This document shows positions 49,725-60,152 of a DNA stretch of 64,000 bases, in pieces. The notes beneath the pieces were generated by a model. It made no database searches and had not been told where the DNA came from. It saw only the letters and a list, made by a program, of their open reading frames with translations. Numbering within the stretch: position 1 is the first letter of the stretch; every line of letters begins with the position of its first letter. Origin of the DNA: an uncultured Collinsella sp. (GTDB lineage: Bacteria > Actinomycetota > Coriobacteriia > Coriobacteriales > Coriobacteriaceae); the NCBI GenBank assembly GCA_949288855.1, contig CASELS010000001.1, positions 68,479 through 132,478 on the forward strand, read 5' to 3'. A program made the translations under genes and the position numbers.

Positions 49725-50849
49725 ATGTCTGCCTTTGGTCGCGCTCCATTCGATTCTGCCGCGGCATCCGATGCCGCTTATGCGTCCGTGCGCAACAAGG
49801 TGTTTCCACAGGATATCTTCCGTGCGCCAGAGCTGCGCTGGGCAGTGATTGGTTGCGGCGTTGTTGCCAACCAGATGGCGCAGACGCTCGCGCTCGCCGG
49901 TCGCCACCTAGCGGGTGTCGCTAATCGCACATATGAGAAAGCCCTTGCGTTTGCCGAACGCTATGGTGTCGAGCGCGTGTACCGGACCTTCGACGACCTT
50001 TACGCCGACCCGGATGTCGACGCCGTCTACATCACCACGCCGCACAACACCCATCTCGCGTTTTTACGGCGTGCCCTCGCGGCGGGCAAGCATGTGCTCT
50101 GCGAGAAGTCCATCACGCTCAACGCCGCCGAGCTTGTAGAGGCGCGCGAGCTCGCCGCCGTGCACGGCGTGGTGCTTATGGACGCCACCACGATTCTGCA
50201 CATGCCCCTGTATACCAAGCTTCTCGACCGCGCCCGCGCGGGAGAGTTTGGTCCGCTCAATCTCACCCAGGTGAATTTTGGCAGCTACAAGGAGTACGGC
50301 GACCTTACCAATCGCTTCTACAATCCGCAGCTTGCCGGGGGAGCGATGCTCGATATCGGCGTGTACGCGCTCACCATCGCCCGCCTCTTCATGGCGAGCG
50401 CGCCCACCGAGGTTGTGTCGCTCGCCAACCGCGCCCAGACGGGCGTGGACGAAACGAGTGGGTTTGTGTGCCGCAACGCCGAGGGGCAGATTGGCGTGTT
50501 CTCCCTCTCGCTCCATTCCAAGCAGCCCAAGCGCGCTATGCTTTCCTTCGACCGGTGTTATATCGAGGTTGACGCGTATCCGCGCGCCGACCGTGCGATT
50601 ATCACCTGGACCGACGACGGTCATCGCGAAGTCGTCGGGGCGGGAGAGGAGGGCTACGCGCTCGCCTACGAGGTAGCCGATCTCGAAGCAGCCGTTGCCG
50701 GCGATGAGCACGCGGCTGGCCTCATCGACATCGCCGCCGATGTTATGGATCTCATGACGCGCCTGCGCTACGAATGGGGCGTCTACTATCCCGAGGAGGC
50801 AGACCTCGCCCGCGCTGCCGGCGTCGCCGTGGCCGGAGAGGACCGCTAG
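49725..50849 (+). CDS. Gfo/Idh/MocA oxidoreductase
   Basis: IGCGVVA, GKHVLCEK and GGAMLDIGVY. Confidence 0.92.
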   Translation: MSAFGRAPFDSAAASDAAYASVRNKVFPQDIFRAPELRWAVIGCGVVANQMAQTLALAGRHLAGVANRTYEKALAFAERYGVERVYRTFDDLYADPDVDAVYITTPHNTHLAFLRRALAAGKHVLCEKSITLNAAELVEARELAAVHGVVLMDATTILHMPLYTKLLDRARAGEFGPLNLTQVNFGSYKEYGDLTNRFYNPQLAGGAMLDIGVYALTIARLFMASAPTEVVSLANRAQTGVDETSGFVCRNAEGQIGVFSLSLHSKQPKRAMLSFDRCYIEVDAYPRADRAIITWTDDGHREVVGAGEEGYALAYEVADLEAAVAGDEHAAGLIDIAADVMDLMTRLRYEWGVYYPEEADLARAAGVAVAGEDR

Positions 50850-50920
50850 GCGCCTCGGACGTGCTGTACGCGCCATTTGCTCAGACAGCTGAGCCGACCG
50901 ATCGATAAAGGAGTGCTACC

Positions 50921-51841
50921 GTGCCCATCCGCATCCCCGACGCTCTGCCCGCAACCGCGGCGCTCGAGGCCGAGAACATCTTTGTCATGACGGAGTACCG
51001 CGCTATCCACCAGGACATCCGCCCCCTGCGCGTACTCATCTTGAACCTCATGCCCACCAAGGTCGCCACCGAGACCCAGATCATGCGCAAACTTTCCAAC
51101 ACGCCGCTGCAGATCGAGGTCGAGCTGCTGCGCACGGCGAGCCATGAGGCGGCGCATGTGGCGGCAAGCCATCTGGAAACGTTCTACCGCACATTCGACG
51201 AGGTGCGCCACGAACGCTTCGATGGCCTCATCATCACGGGCGCGCCGGTGGAGGAGATGCCTTTTGAGGAGGTCGATTATTGGGACGAGCTCTGCCGAAT
51301 CATGGACTGGTCGACCACTCACGTGCACTCGACGCTCCATATCTGCTGGGGCGCGCAGGCGGGACTCTACTTCCACTACGGCATTGACAAGCACCCGCTT
51401 CCCAAGAAGGCGTCGGGCGTTTTTGAGCATCGTATCGTCAAGCCGAGCTCGCCGCTCGTGCGCGGACTCGACGACCGCTTCTACGCCGTTCACTCGCGCA
51501 ACACCGAGGTGCGAGCCGAGGACGTGGCGCGCGTGCCGGAGCTCGAGGTGATTGCGGACTCGCCCGAGGTGGGGCTCTACATTGTGAAGTCTACCGACAG
51601 CCGTCGTTTCTTTATCTTTGGCCACCCCGAGTACGACGTCGACACCCTCGCGCTCGAATACGAGCGCGACGTGGCGCGCGGCATCGACCCCGAGGTACCC
51701 GCTCATTACTTCCCTGATAACGACCCCGCGCGCTCGCCGGTGAACACGTGGCGCGCGCAGGCGCAGCTTCTTTATACCAACTGGCTCAACTACTACGTCT
51801 ACCAGACCACACCCTACGACATCCGCACGGTCGGTAAGTAG
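50921..51841 (+). CDS. metA: Homoserine O-acyltransferase (MetA family)
   Basis: HQDIRPL, LNLMP, ITGAPVE, ICWGAQA, HSR and GHPEY. Confidence 0.95.
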   Translation: MPIRIPDALPATAALEAENIFVMTEYRAIHQDIRPLRVLILNLMPTKVATETQIMRKLSNTPLQIEVELLRTASHEAAHVAASHLETFYRTFDEVRHERFDGLIITGAPVEEMPFEEVDYWDELCRIMDWSTTHVHSTLHICWGAQAGLYFHYGIDKHPLPKKASGVFEHRIVKPSSPLVRGLDDRFYAVHSRNTEVRAEDVARVPELEVIADSPEVGLYIVKSTDSRRFFIFGHPEYDVDTLALEYERDVARGIDPEVPAHYFPDNDPARSPVNTWRAQAQLLYTNWLNYYVYQTTPYDIRTVGK

Positions 51842-51872
51842 CGCTGCGCGCGCGGCCCACTTACTTCGCGCT

Positions 51873-51912
51873 AAAAATGGCGGCCGGAGCGAAATGATCA
51901 CTCCGGCCGCCA
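51873..51912 (-). terminator. Terminator between convergent metA and the M16 peptidase gene
   Basis: TGGCGGCCGGAG / CTCCGGCCGCCA stem with an A5 run (U tract on the minus strand). Confidence 0.7.
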
Positions 51913-51949
51913 ACAAGTGCATCAATGCGGGTGCGGGGGAGGCTGGTAT

Positions 51950-54900
51950 CTAGCCGAGGAGCTCCACGACGTTCCAACCGGCATCACTCGCCGCGATGAT
52001 GTCCCGTCCGCCAAAGACGCATGCGGGCGCCTCGGCGGCGACGCGGGTGATGTCGGAGCTAAGCGCGCGCAGCTCTGCGGGCGTGGCCGCAAGCATGTCG
52101 GCGCGCACGCGGTCGCGGAAGCCCGGCTCACGTCCGGCAAAGTACTCGCCGCAGCGGCGCTTTGTCTGGGCATAGGGTTTCACCGGCGCGTCGTGCGCGG
52201 CCACGCTTGAGACGATAAAGCCCTCAAAGGCGGCCGAGTCGGGCTCGAAGCCGGCGAGCCAAGTGCCCGCGGCGCGAATGCGCGCAAGCGACGGGTCGAT
52301 GGCGGGGTCGCGGTAGGTGTAGAACGCAAGCTGGCGCTCCACCACGGCGCGGAAGCCGCACCCGTAGGCGCCGCCCTTCACGCGAATCTCGTTCCACAGG
52401 TAGTCGTAAGAAAGCGCATTTGCGGCCACGCCCCAGCGTCCGTTTGTGGCGATGCCAAGGCGGCGCGGGTCGGTAGAGAGCGCGGTGTAACTCACGTCGC
52501 TCGGGATAACGAACGCCTCGTGCTTGTCCTCGGGTGCAGGTACGTAGAGCTCCTTGGCGGGCGCCGTGCGCGGCGTGAGACCCAAGTTCCCCGCGGCCTC
52601 CCAATAGGCGCGGTAGTCCTCCGATGAGCCCGTAAAGCTCGTAATCGTGCCGGTCGAGGTGAAGATGCGGCTCTGCAGGTCGCGGAGCTTGTCGCAAAGC
52701 TCAGTCGCGCGCTCGTCAAAGTGCTCGACGAGGTCTTTCAAGAACAGGTAGAAGTCCACGCCGCCGAGCAGCTCGTGCACCACGCCAGCGGGCGAGACGT
52801 AGGAGTAGGCGCGTGCAAGCGCCGCCTGATGACCGGAGACAATGAAGCCCTGCTCCATGCCAATCTTGAGCTGCACGAGCACATCGCGCATCCGGCCGGT
52901 GTCTTCAAAGAGGGTCTCCGCCCACACCTCGCGCGGAATCTTGGCGAGGGCGTCGATCTTCTCGGAGAGTGCGCCCGCCGCCACGCAGAGCATGGGCCGG
53001 GCGAGGCGCCAATTCTCGTCACGGTAGAAGACCTCGGGCGTGAAGGAGAGGAAGCCGAGGTTGCTCGTGATGTAGCTGTCGAGCTCGGCGGCGGTGTGGT
53101 TGCGCGTGGCGAGCTGCTGCATGAGGCGGCAGAGCACCTTCACGTAGGGGAGCTCGGCGTAGCTCACGTGCGTGAGGTCAAAGTAGGTGAGCGCGTAGGC
53201 GATGCGGTGCGTCGGCAGCGGGTGCACAAGACAGGGCAAGGGCGTCTCGCGGTCGAGGGTGAGCGCGGGCTCGGGGCGCGCCGCACCGATGTCTGCCACG
53301 GTAAGGCGCGGCAGGGTCGCTTTTGCCTCGGGGGTGTCTTCCGCTTCCTGTGCCGCGCGCAGCGCCGCGACGCGCTCTTCGATGCGCGCGGCCTCGTTTG
53401 CGCTCATAACCGTATCGAAATCGCTGGAATCGGCAGAGTTCGGGTCGTTCATGAGCGTATTGTCTGCATCTGCAGCAGCGGACACATCGTCTGTGCCGTC
53501 GGGCGCGTCTGCCGTACCCCGTGCGGTGTCAACAGGTACGAGCTCCACGAGGGCGCGGTGGTTGCTTTCGAGGACGAGCTCGCGCAGGAGCCGCTCGAAG
53601 AAGTCCCCCTCGAGCTCACGGCGCAGGCGCGCGAACGTCTCCGCATAGGTAAGGGCGGCGGTGGCGGCGCGCGTCTTAGGCGAGTCTTCGGCGTACAGCC
53701 AGGTGGAGAGCGCTTCGCAGGCAAGCACCACGCCGTCCGCCGTGCCGTAATCGCGCTGACGCAGGGCATACTCGTTGCTGGAGATGATGGCCTCCAGACG
53801 CTCCCGCGGAATGCCGTGCTCAACAAGATCGCGGCAGGTGCTCTCGATAATCTGGCGGAAGGCCTGCGCGACTTCGGGCTTGGCGTTCTGCAGGATGATG
53901 AGCTCGTAGGGTTGCAGGCACGCCGAAGAGGTGTAGGAGGTTACGTTTCCGCCGATGCCTGCCTCGATAAGGGCCTTTTTCACCGGCGCCTCGTTGGAGC
54001 CCAGAAGCGCGTCAAAGAGCACGTCCGCGGCGACAGTGCGGAAGGGGTCGTACGCGTCGCCAAGCACGTACGCCTGGCCCACGAGGGCGTTGTCGGGCGT
54101 GGTCGCCATCTCGATGCGCTCGTAATCGCAGATGACGGGTGCCTGGTGTTCAAGCGGGTTGGGTGCGCCCACCTCAGTCGGCGCGTGGCCGGATGCAGCG
54201 CGGGCAGCCGCCGCGCGCTCCTGTACCGCGGCGCCAAGGTAGTTCTCGTCCAAAAACGCAAGCTCGCGGCGCACGTCTCTAAAGTCGCCGTAGAGCACGA
54301 TGTAGCTGTTCGCCAGATTGTAGTGGCGGGCGTGGTTGTCGAGAAACGCCTCGTAGGTGAGTGTGGGGATGGCGCGGGGGTTTCCGCCGGACTCGTGCGC
54401 GTAGGCCGTGTTGGGGAAGAGCGCCCGGTTCACAGCGTTATCGAGCACGTCCATGGGGTCCGAGAGCGCGCCTTTCATCTCGTTGTAGACAACGCCGTTC
54501 ACACGGCGGTGCGGACGTCCTTCGGCGTCGCGCTCGACCTCTTCATGCCAGCCCTCCTGCTCAAAGATGGTGGGCTTCGTGTAGATGGCGGGGTTAAGCA
54601 CGGCGTCCATGTAGACGTCCATGAGGTTAAGCAGGTCCTGCTCGTTGGTGGAGGCAACCGGGTAGATGGTCTTGTCCGGGTAGGTCATGGCGTTCAGAAA
54701 CGTCTGCATCGAGCTCTTGATGAGGTCGACGAAGGGCTCCTTCACGGGGAACTTGGCGCTGCCGCAGAGCACCGAGTGCTCGAGGATGTGGAAGACGCCC
54801 GTGTCGTCTGCGGGTGGGGTCTTGAAGCCGATGGCGAAGGCCTTGTTCTCATCGTCGCAGGCAAGGTAGAGCAGGCGCGCGCCGGAAGCTTCGTGGCGCA

Positions 54901-55027
54901 GCACATATGCGTCGGCGTCGAGTTCCTCAATCGCCTCGCGGCGGCAGACGGTAAAGCCCGAGACGGTCGCGCCGGGGGCGAGCAGGTGGGCAGCGGATGC
55001 GCAGGCAGCGGATTCGATGGTGGCCAT
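51950..55027 (-). CDS. M16C (insulinase/PreP-like) zinc peptidase
   Basis: HILEH (HxxEH), FLNAMTYPDKT, GVVYNEMKG and IRVKGGAYG; AGGAG RBS. Confidence 0.93.
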   Translation of the reverse strand: MATIESAACASAAHLLAPGATVSGFTVCRREAIEELDADAYVLRHEASGARLLYLACDDENKAFAIGFKTPPADDTGVFHILEHSVLCGSAKFPVKEPFVDLIKSSMQTFLNAMTYPDKTIYPVASTNEQDLLNLMDVYMDAVLNPAIYTKPTIFEQEGWHEEVERDAEGRPHRRVNGVVYNEMKGALSDPMDVLDNAVNRALFPNTAYAHESGGNPRAIPTLTYEAFLDNHARHYNLANSYIVLYGDFRDVRRELAFLDENYLGAAVQERAAAARAASGHAPTEVGAPNPLEHQAPVICDYERIEMATTPDNALVGQAYVLGDAYDPFRTVAADVLFDALLGSNEAPVKKALIEAGIGGNVTSYTSSACLQPYELIILQNAKPEVAQAFRQIIESTCRDLVEHGIPRERLEAIISSNEYALRQRDYGTADGVVLACEALSTWLYAEDSPKTRAATAALTYAETFARLRRELEGDFFERLLRELVLESNHRALVELVPVDTARGTADAPDGTDDVSAAADADNTLMNDPNSADSSDFDTVMSANEAARIEERVAALRAAQEAEDTPEAKATLPRLTVADIGAARPEPALTLDRETPLPCLVHPLPTHRIAYALTYFDLTHVSYAELPYVKVLCRLMQQLATRNHTAAELDSYITSNLGFLSFTPEVFYRDENWRLARPMLCVAAGALSEKIDALAKIPREVWAETLFEDTGRMRDVLVQLKIGMEQGFIVSGHQAALARAYSYVSPAGVVHELLGGVDFYLFLKDLVEHFDERATELCDKLRDLQSRIFTSTGTITSFTGSSEDYRAYWEAAGNLGLTPRTAPAKELYVPAPEDKHEAFVIPSDVSYTALSTDPRRLGIATNGRWGVAANALSYDYLWNEIRVKGGAYGCGFRAVVERQLAFYTYRDPAIDPSLARIRAAGTWLAGFEPDSAAFEGFIVSSVAAHDAPVKPYAQTKRRCGEYFAGREPGFRDRVRADMLAATPAELRALSSDITRVAAEAPACVFGGRDIIAASDAGWNVVELLG

Positions 55028-55676
55028 ACAGCTCCTATCAAGGCAAACGTAGTGAACGAGGGTGCTTATACCCATACTACCGCCTGGCGCCACCGTTTAC
55101 CGCGGCAGCCAATCCGTCTGCGGAGGTCTATGGTGTTGTTAATCGTGGCAATTCGCAATGTGCGACATGGATTATCGGCACAGCCCAATCGTATTTCCCG
55201 GGATGCAGAGAATCGTCTATCCAGTAGCGAGCGCTATGATTGCCATGGCGCTGTTACTGGGGAGGATATGCAAATAGCTCGTACGGTTTATCCCAAAGCG
55301 CGAAGAAGAGCAGGCTCAGCAGAAGCAGGAAGGCAATAATCAGTACGGCTACCAGCATCCGATGGTTGTGCATGTCGACCCCCCCGATGCCAAATCACCA
55401 AAACGTGGTGATGGTCCAGTCGTTTACGGCAAAGTTACCGCCATTATCACCATGGCCTATAAACCTAGTGACATCGTTCCAATCATCATAGTCCTATCAG
55501 CTGGTTCCCGCGGCACCTCTCGTCTCAATCGCAACGCTCTCGGGCGCTACTGGGCGAGGTAAACAGCCGGCTTGGCCGGGTCGGCGCCCATCGGTGCGGT
55601 CCGATCGTATCCTCTGAGGACGCGGCATTCTTTTGGGTATATAGGCCCTATGGTTTTCCGTCCGCGAGGAGGCACC

Positions 55677-56255
55677 ATGAACGGTATCGTCGACATGCTC
55701 AAGACGGCGTGGCAGGTGATGGGGGAGCAGGCGCGGCGCAAGTTCCTTCGGTATCTGGTGTTTACCTTGGTGACGGACGCCATCGCCTCTATAGCGCTTA
55801 TCGTGCTGAATGTGATGGATGCTGTGGGCGTCAATCCGTTTGGGCAGCTTGACGTGCTGCAGGCCTTCAATCTGATAATCGGCCTCTATCTGTTCCTCTT
55901 CATCTTTTTGATCGTCACGGTCGTCTTCATTGCGGGCGCCTACAAGGCAATCAAGCGCGACTACTTTGCTCGGAACTTCGCGGGAGAGACCTTTGTGGAG
56001 CAGAATCATTGGAGCAAGAAAGACGCGTTTCTTCTCTATGCCGGGCTTGTGGGCCTGGTGGCGTTCATCCCTAATATCGTGTCGCTTCTGACGGAGCTTG
56101 TGCCGCCCGTCAACCCCGATGTGGTGAGCATCATCACGTGCATCGTCTGGATCGGTCTTGCCATCTACGCCGTGCCGCGCTGCTGCGAGCGCTATCTCTC
56201 GCCTGCACCTAAACTGGATGCTCCCTCAACCGAGGACGGGTCGCATGCCGATTAG
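55677..56255 (+). CDS. Four-TM hypothetical membrane protein
   Basis: GAGGAGG RBS; four hydrophobic segments. Confidence 0.7.
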   Translation: MNGIVDMLKTAWQVMGEQARRKFLRYLVFTLVTDAIASIALIVLNVMDAVGVNPFGQLDVLQAFNLIIGLYLFLFIFLIVTVVFIAGAYKAIKRDYFARNFAGETFVEQNHWSKKDAFLLYAGLVGLVAFIPNIVSLLTELVPPVNPDVVSIITCIVWIGLAIYAVPRCCERYLSPAPKLDAPSTEDGSHAD

Positions 56256-56389
56256 CCGGTGCATGCATCTCCCAGCAGATGCTTTAGCCTGCCAAAGCGA
56301 CTTTGCCCTCTGACGTTCTTTTTGTCCGATACCCCTTTTAACCTGCGTAATCATACGCTATGGTGTGTCGCGGACCAAAGGGGGCAGGC

Positions 56390-57364
56390 ATGGCAGAACA
56401 AGAGGATATTTCAGCGGAAGATTTCGGCACCGATGCCGCCTCCCGTGCCCGCCGTCGCGGCATCCGCGAGCGCCTCAACGCCTCAGCAAACCGCAAACTT
56501 ATCACGGGCTTTCTGGCTACGCTTGCGGGCGGTATCTTCTGGGGCTTCTCGGGAACGTGCGCGAGCTACCTTTTTGAGAACTACGCGGTTGATACCGCGT
56601 GGCTTATGGTGGTGCGCCAACTCTGCTCGGGCGCGCTCTTTCTCGTCTTTATTCTCGCGACCGATCGCGCTCGCCTCAAACAGCTGCTCACCACCCCGCG
56701 CGACCTTGCCCTGCTTGCGGTCTTTGCGGCGAGCGGTGTCTTTCTCAACCAGTATTTCTATCTGCTTGCCGTGCGCGCCATGAACGCCGGCACGGCGACG
56801 GTGCTCCAGTGCCTGCAGCTCATCATCATTATGGTCTACGCCTGCCTGCGCGCGCGGCGCGGCCCCCGCAAGCGCGAGCTCGCAGGTGTGGTGCTGGCGC
56901 TCGCCGGCACCTATCTGCTCGCGACGGCGGGCAACCCCTCCACGCTCGTTATCCCGCCCGACGGGCTCGCCATCGGCCTTATCGCCGCGGTGGGCGCCGC
57001 GTGCATGTCCATCATCCCCACGGGGCTTCTCGCCCGGTACGGCTCCTCGATCGTGACGGGCATGGGCATGCTCGTGTCGGGGCTGGCTTCCTCGGTCATC
57101 ATCCGCCCATGGGAGCAGGTGCCCGTATTTGACGCTATGGGCTGGGGCGCCTTTGCCGTGCTTGTCTTTGTGGGATCGTTCCTCGCGTACTTCTTATATA
57201 TGCAGGGCGTGAAAGACATCGGTTCTATGCGTGCGAGCCTCATCGGCACGGTCGAGCCCGTATCGGCGACCATCACGAGCGCAATCTTTTTGGGGACGGT
57301 CTTTGCACCGACCGATATCGCCGGCTTTGCCCTCATCATCGCGATGGTGTTCCTCACGGTGTAG
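56390..57364 (+). CDS. DMT/EamA transporter
   Basis: 10 TM helices; FWGFSG, NAGTATVLQ and VEPVSA. Confidence 0.9.
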   Translation: MAEQEDISAEDFGTDAASRARRRGIRERLNASANRKLITGFLATLAGGIFWGFSGTCASYLFENYAVDTAWLMVVRQLCSGALFLVFILATDRARLKQLLTTPRDLALLAVFAASGVFLNQYFYLLAVRAMNAGTATVLQCLQLIIIMVYACLRARRGPRKRELAGVVLALAGTYLLATAGNPSTLVIPPDGLAIGLIAAVGAACMSIIPTGLLARYGSSIVTGMGMLVSGLASSVIIRPWEQVPVFDAMGWGAFAVLVFVGSFLAYFLYMQGVKDIGSMRASLIGTVEPVSATITSAIFLGTVFAPTDIAGFALIIAMVFLTV

Positions 57365-57505
57365 ACCGGCCATCGCCGCGCTGCAACATGTGTTGATTTT
57401 TCGCGCTCGCGCAACTTGGTTATACTGTCCGGCAAGAAACCACCGCCGCGGGGCACGCTTCGCGGTGTCTGATTTGATGTGTCAACCGGCCGCCAAGGGG
57501 TCCTC

Positions 57506-60055
57506 GTGAAGCTCGTCGTCGCAGAGAAGAACATCGCCGCGCAAAAGATCGCACAGCTGCTCTCCACCACTAAGCCCAAGACCGACAAGGTCTACAACAC
57601 CCAGGTCTACCGCTTTGAGGTAGCGGGCGAGGAGTGGGTCTCCATGGGCCTCGCCGGGCACATCTTGGCGCCCGACTTCCCCGACGACGTGCTCTTTGAC
57701 AAGAAGCAGGGCTGGTATAGCGTGACCGAGGAGGGCGAGGTGCTCCCCGCGGATATCCCCGATGGTCTGGCGCGCCCGCCGTATGCCACCAAGCGCAAGC
57801 CCTATCTCGCAAACGGCATCTCGCTCAAGGGCTGGAAGGTCGAGAGCCTGCCCTATCTCACCTGGGCGCCCGTGCTCAAGAAGCCGGCCGAGAAGGAGAT
57901 CATCCGCGTTCTCAAGAACCTCGCCAAAAAGGCGGACGAGGTCATCATCGCTACCGACTTCGACCGCGAGGGCGAGCTTATCGGCTCGGACGCGCTCGAC
58001 ATGATACGCGAGGTCGCGCCGGAGCTGCCGGCCTACCGTGCGCGCTACTCGGCTCTCATCAAGGGTGAGGTGACGGCGGCCTTTGAGAACCTCGTCACGC
58101 TCGACCAGAATCTGGCGGATGCCGGCGAGAGCCGCCAGTACATCGACCTTATCTGGGGTGCCGTGCTCACGCGCTACCTCACGCTTGCGCGCTTTGGCGG
58201 GTTTGGCAACGTGCGCTCCGCCGGCCGCGTGCAGACGCCTACGCTCGCCTTGGTGGTCGAGCGCGAGCGCGAGCGCATGGCCTTTGTGCCCGAGGATTAC
58301 TGGCAGATTCGCGGTCTTGCCGCCAAGGACGGTGACGAGTTCAAGATTTCCCACGCCACGGCGCGCTTTACGGATAAGACGGCGGCGGAGACGGCGTTTT
58401 CGCATGTCGAGGGCGCCACAACCGGCACCGTCACGCAGGTGACCCGCCGCGCCCGCAAGCAGCAGCCGCCCATTCCGTTCAACACCACGAGCCTGCAGGC
58501 GGCAGCCGCTGCCGAGGGTATCTCGCCGGCGCGCACCATGCGCATTGCCGAGAGCCTTTACATGGCGGGCCTCATCTCCTATCCGCGCGTGGACAACACG
58601 GTCTACCCGCGCTCACTCGACATCGCGGGCGTGGTCCGTGGCCTCGCCGATACCAACCCGGCGCTGCGCCCTGTGTGCAGCAAGGTCCTCGCCGGCCCCA
58701 TGAAGCCCACGCGCGGTAAGGTCGAGACCACCGACCATCCGCCCATCCACCCCACGGGCCAGGGCGATCCGTCGAGCTTGGACGGCGGTCAGAAGAAGCT
58801 CTACCAGCTCATTGCGCGGCGCTTTTTGGCGACGCTCATGGGCCCCGCGACCATTGAGAACACCAAGCTCGCCATCGACGTGGCGGGCGAGCCCTTCACC
58901 GCGTCGGGCGACGTTCTTGTTGAGCAGGGCTTCCGCGAGGCCTACCCCTACGGTCTCAAGCGCGACGAGCAACTGCCCGCACTTGCCGAGGGCGACATGG
59001 TCGACGTGCGCGACATCAAGCTCGAGGCCAAGCAGACCGAGCCGCCCGCGCGCTACAGCCAGGGACGCCTCGTGCAGGAGATGGAGAAGCGCGGCCTTGG
59101 TACCAAGTCCACGCGCGCCTCGATTATCGAGCGCCTCTACCAAGTGCGCTACCTCAAAAACGACCCCATCGAGCCGAGCCAGCTCGGCATGGCCATTGTC
59201 GACGCACTGCACGAGTTTGCGCCGCGCATCACCACGCCCGAGATGACGGCCGAGCTCGACGAGGATATGACGCGCGTCGCAGAGGGGCAAGACACCCAGG
59301 AGCGCGTTGTGGACCACTCGCGGGCGCTTCTTGCCGGCATGCTCGATGCGCTCATAGAGCACAAGGACGACCTGGGCGACCGCATCGCGGACGCCGTCAC
59401 GGCCGACGCCAAGGTGGGCACCTGCCCCAAGTGCGGCAAGGACCTGGTCATGAAGACCTCCGCCAAGACCCGGGGCAGCTTCATCGGCTGCATGGGCTGG
59501 CCGGACTGCGACGTCACCTACCCGGTGCCCTCCGGCGTGAAGGTGAGCCCGCTCGAGGGCGAGGCGGCTGTGTGCCCGGAGTGCGGAGCGCCGCGCATCA
59601 AGTGCCAGCCGTTCCGCAGCAAGGCCTACGAGGTTTGCGTGAACCCCCAGTGCCCCACCAACTTCGAGCCCGATCTCAAGGTGGGCGAGTGCCCCACCTG
59701 CGCGGCGGCGGGGCGTCACGGCGACCTCATCGCGCACAAGTCCGAGCGAAGCGGCAAGCGCTTTATCCGCTGCACCAACTACGACGACTGCGGCGTTTCC
59801 TACCCGCTGCCGGCACGCGGCAAGCTCGAGGCCACGGGCGAGGTGTGCGAGCACTGCGGCGCGCCCATTGTGGTGGTCGAGACGGCGCGCGGTCCGTGGC
59901 GCATCTGCGTGAACATGGACTGTCCCAGCAAGGAGAAGAAGCCCGCCCGCGGTCGCGGCGGCGCGCGCAAGCCGGGGGCAAAGAAGACGTCTTCCAAGAA
60001 GTCCGCAACCAAGAAGACTGCCGCCAAAAAGGCATCGAGCTCCAAGACGGCATAG
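57506..60055 (+). CDS. topA: Type IA DNA topoisomerase with Zn ribbons and Lys-rich tail
   Basis: VAEK, ATDFDREGE, GRVQTPTL, ISYPR and GTKSTR; C-terminal CxxC ribbons; KKTAAKKA tail. Confidence 0.92.
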   Translation: MKLVVAEKNIAAQKIAQLLSTTKPKTDKVYNTQVYRFEVAGEEWVSMGLAGHILAPDFPDDVLFDKKQGWYSVTEEGEVLPADIPDGLARPPYATKRKPYLANGISLKGWKVESLPYLTWAPVLKKPAEKEIIRVLKNLAKKADEVIIATDFDREGELIGSDALDMIREVAPELPAYRARYSALIKGEVTAAFENLVTLDQNLADAGESRQYIDLIWGAVLTRYLTLARFGGFGNVRSAGRVQTPTLALVVERERERMAFVPEDYWQIRGLAAKDGDEFKISHATARFTDKTAAETAFSHVEGATTGTVTQVTRRARKQQPPIPFNTTSLQAAAAAEGISPARTMRIAESLYMAGLISYPRVDNTVYPRSLDIAGVVRGLADTNPALRPVCSKVLAGPMKPTRGKVETTDHPPIHPTGQGDPSSLDGGQKKLYQLIARRFLATLMGPATIENTKLAIDVAGEPFTASGDVLVEQGFREAYPYGLKRDEQLPALAEGDMVDVRDIKLEAKQTEPPARYSQGRLVQEMEKRGLGTKSTRASIIERLYQVRYLKNDPIEPSQLGMAIVDALHEFAPRITTPEMTAELDEDMTRVAEGQDTQERVVDHSRALLAGMLDALIEHKDDLGDRIADAVTADAKVGTCPKCGKDLVMKTSAKTRGSFIGCMGWPDCDVTYPVPSGVKVSPLEGEAAVCPECGAPRIKCQPFRSKAYEVCVNPQCPTNFEPDLKVGECPTCAAAGRHGDLIAHKSERSGKRFIRCTNYDDCGVSYPLPARGKLEATGEVCEHCGAPIVVVETARGPWRICVNMDCPSKEKKPARGRGGARKPGAKKTSSKKSATKKTAAKKASSSKTA

Positions 60056-60152
60056 CGAGCCGGACGCCGCCGCTTGTGCGGTGTCCGCGCGTTCGTTTAC
60101 CATGGGACGATACCGCACGTGGTGCGGTTGACGTCTAATAAAGGAGGCGCGT

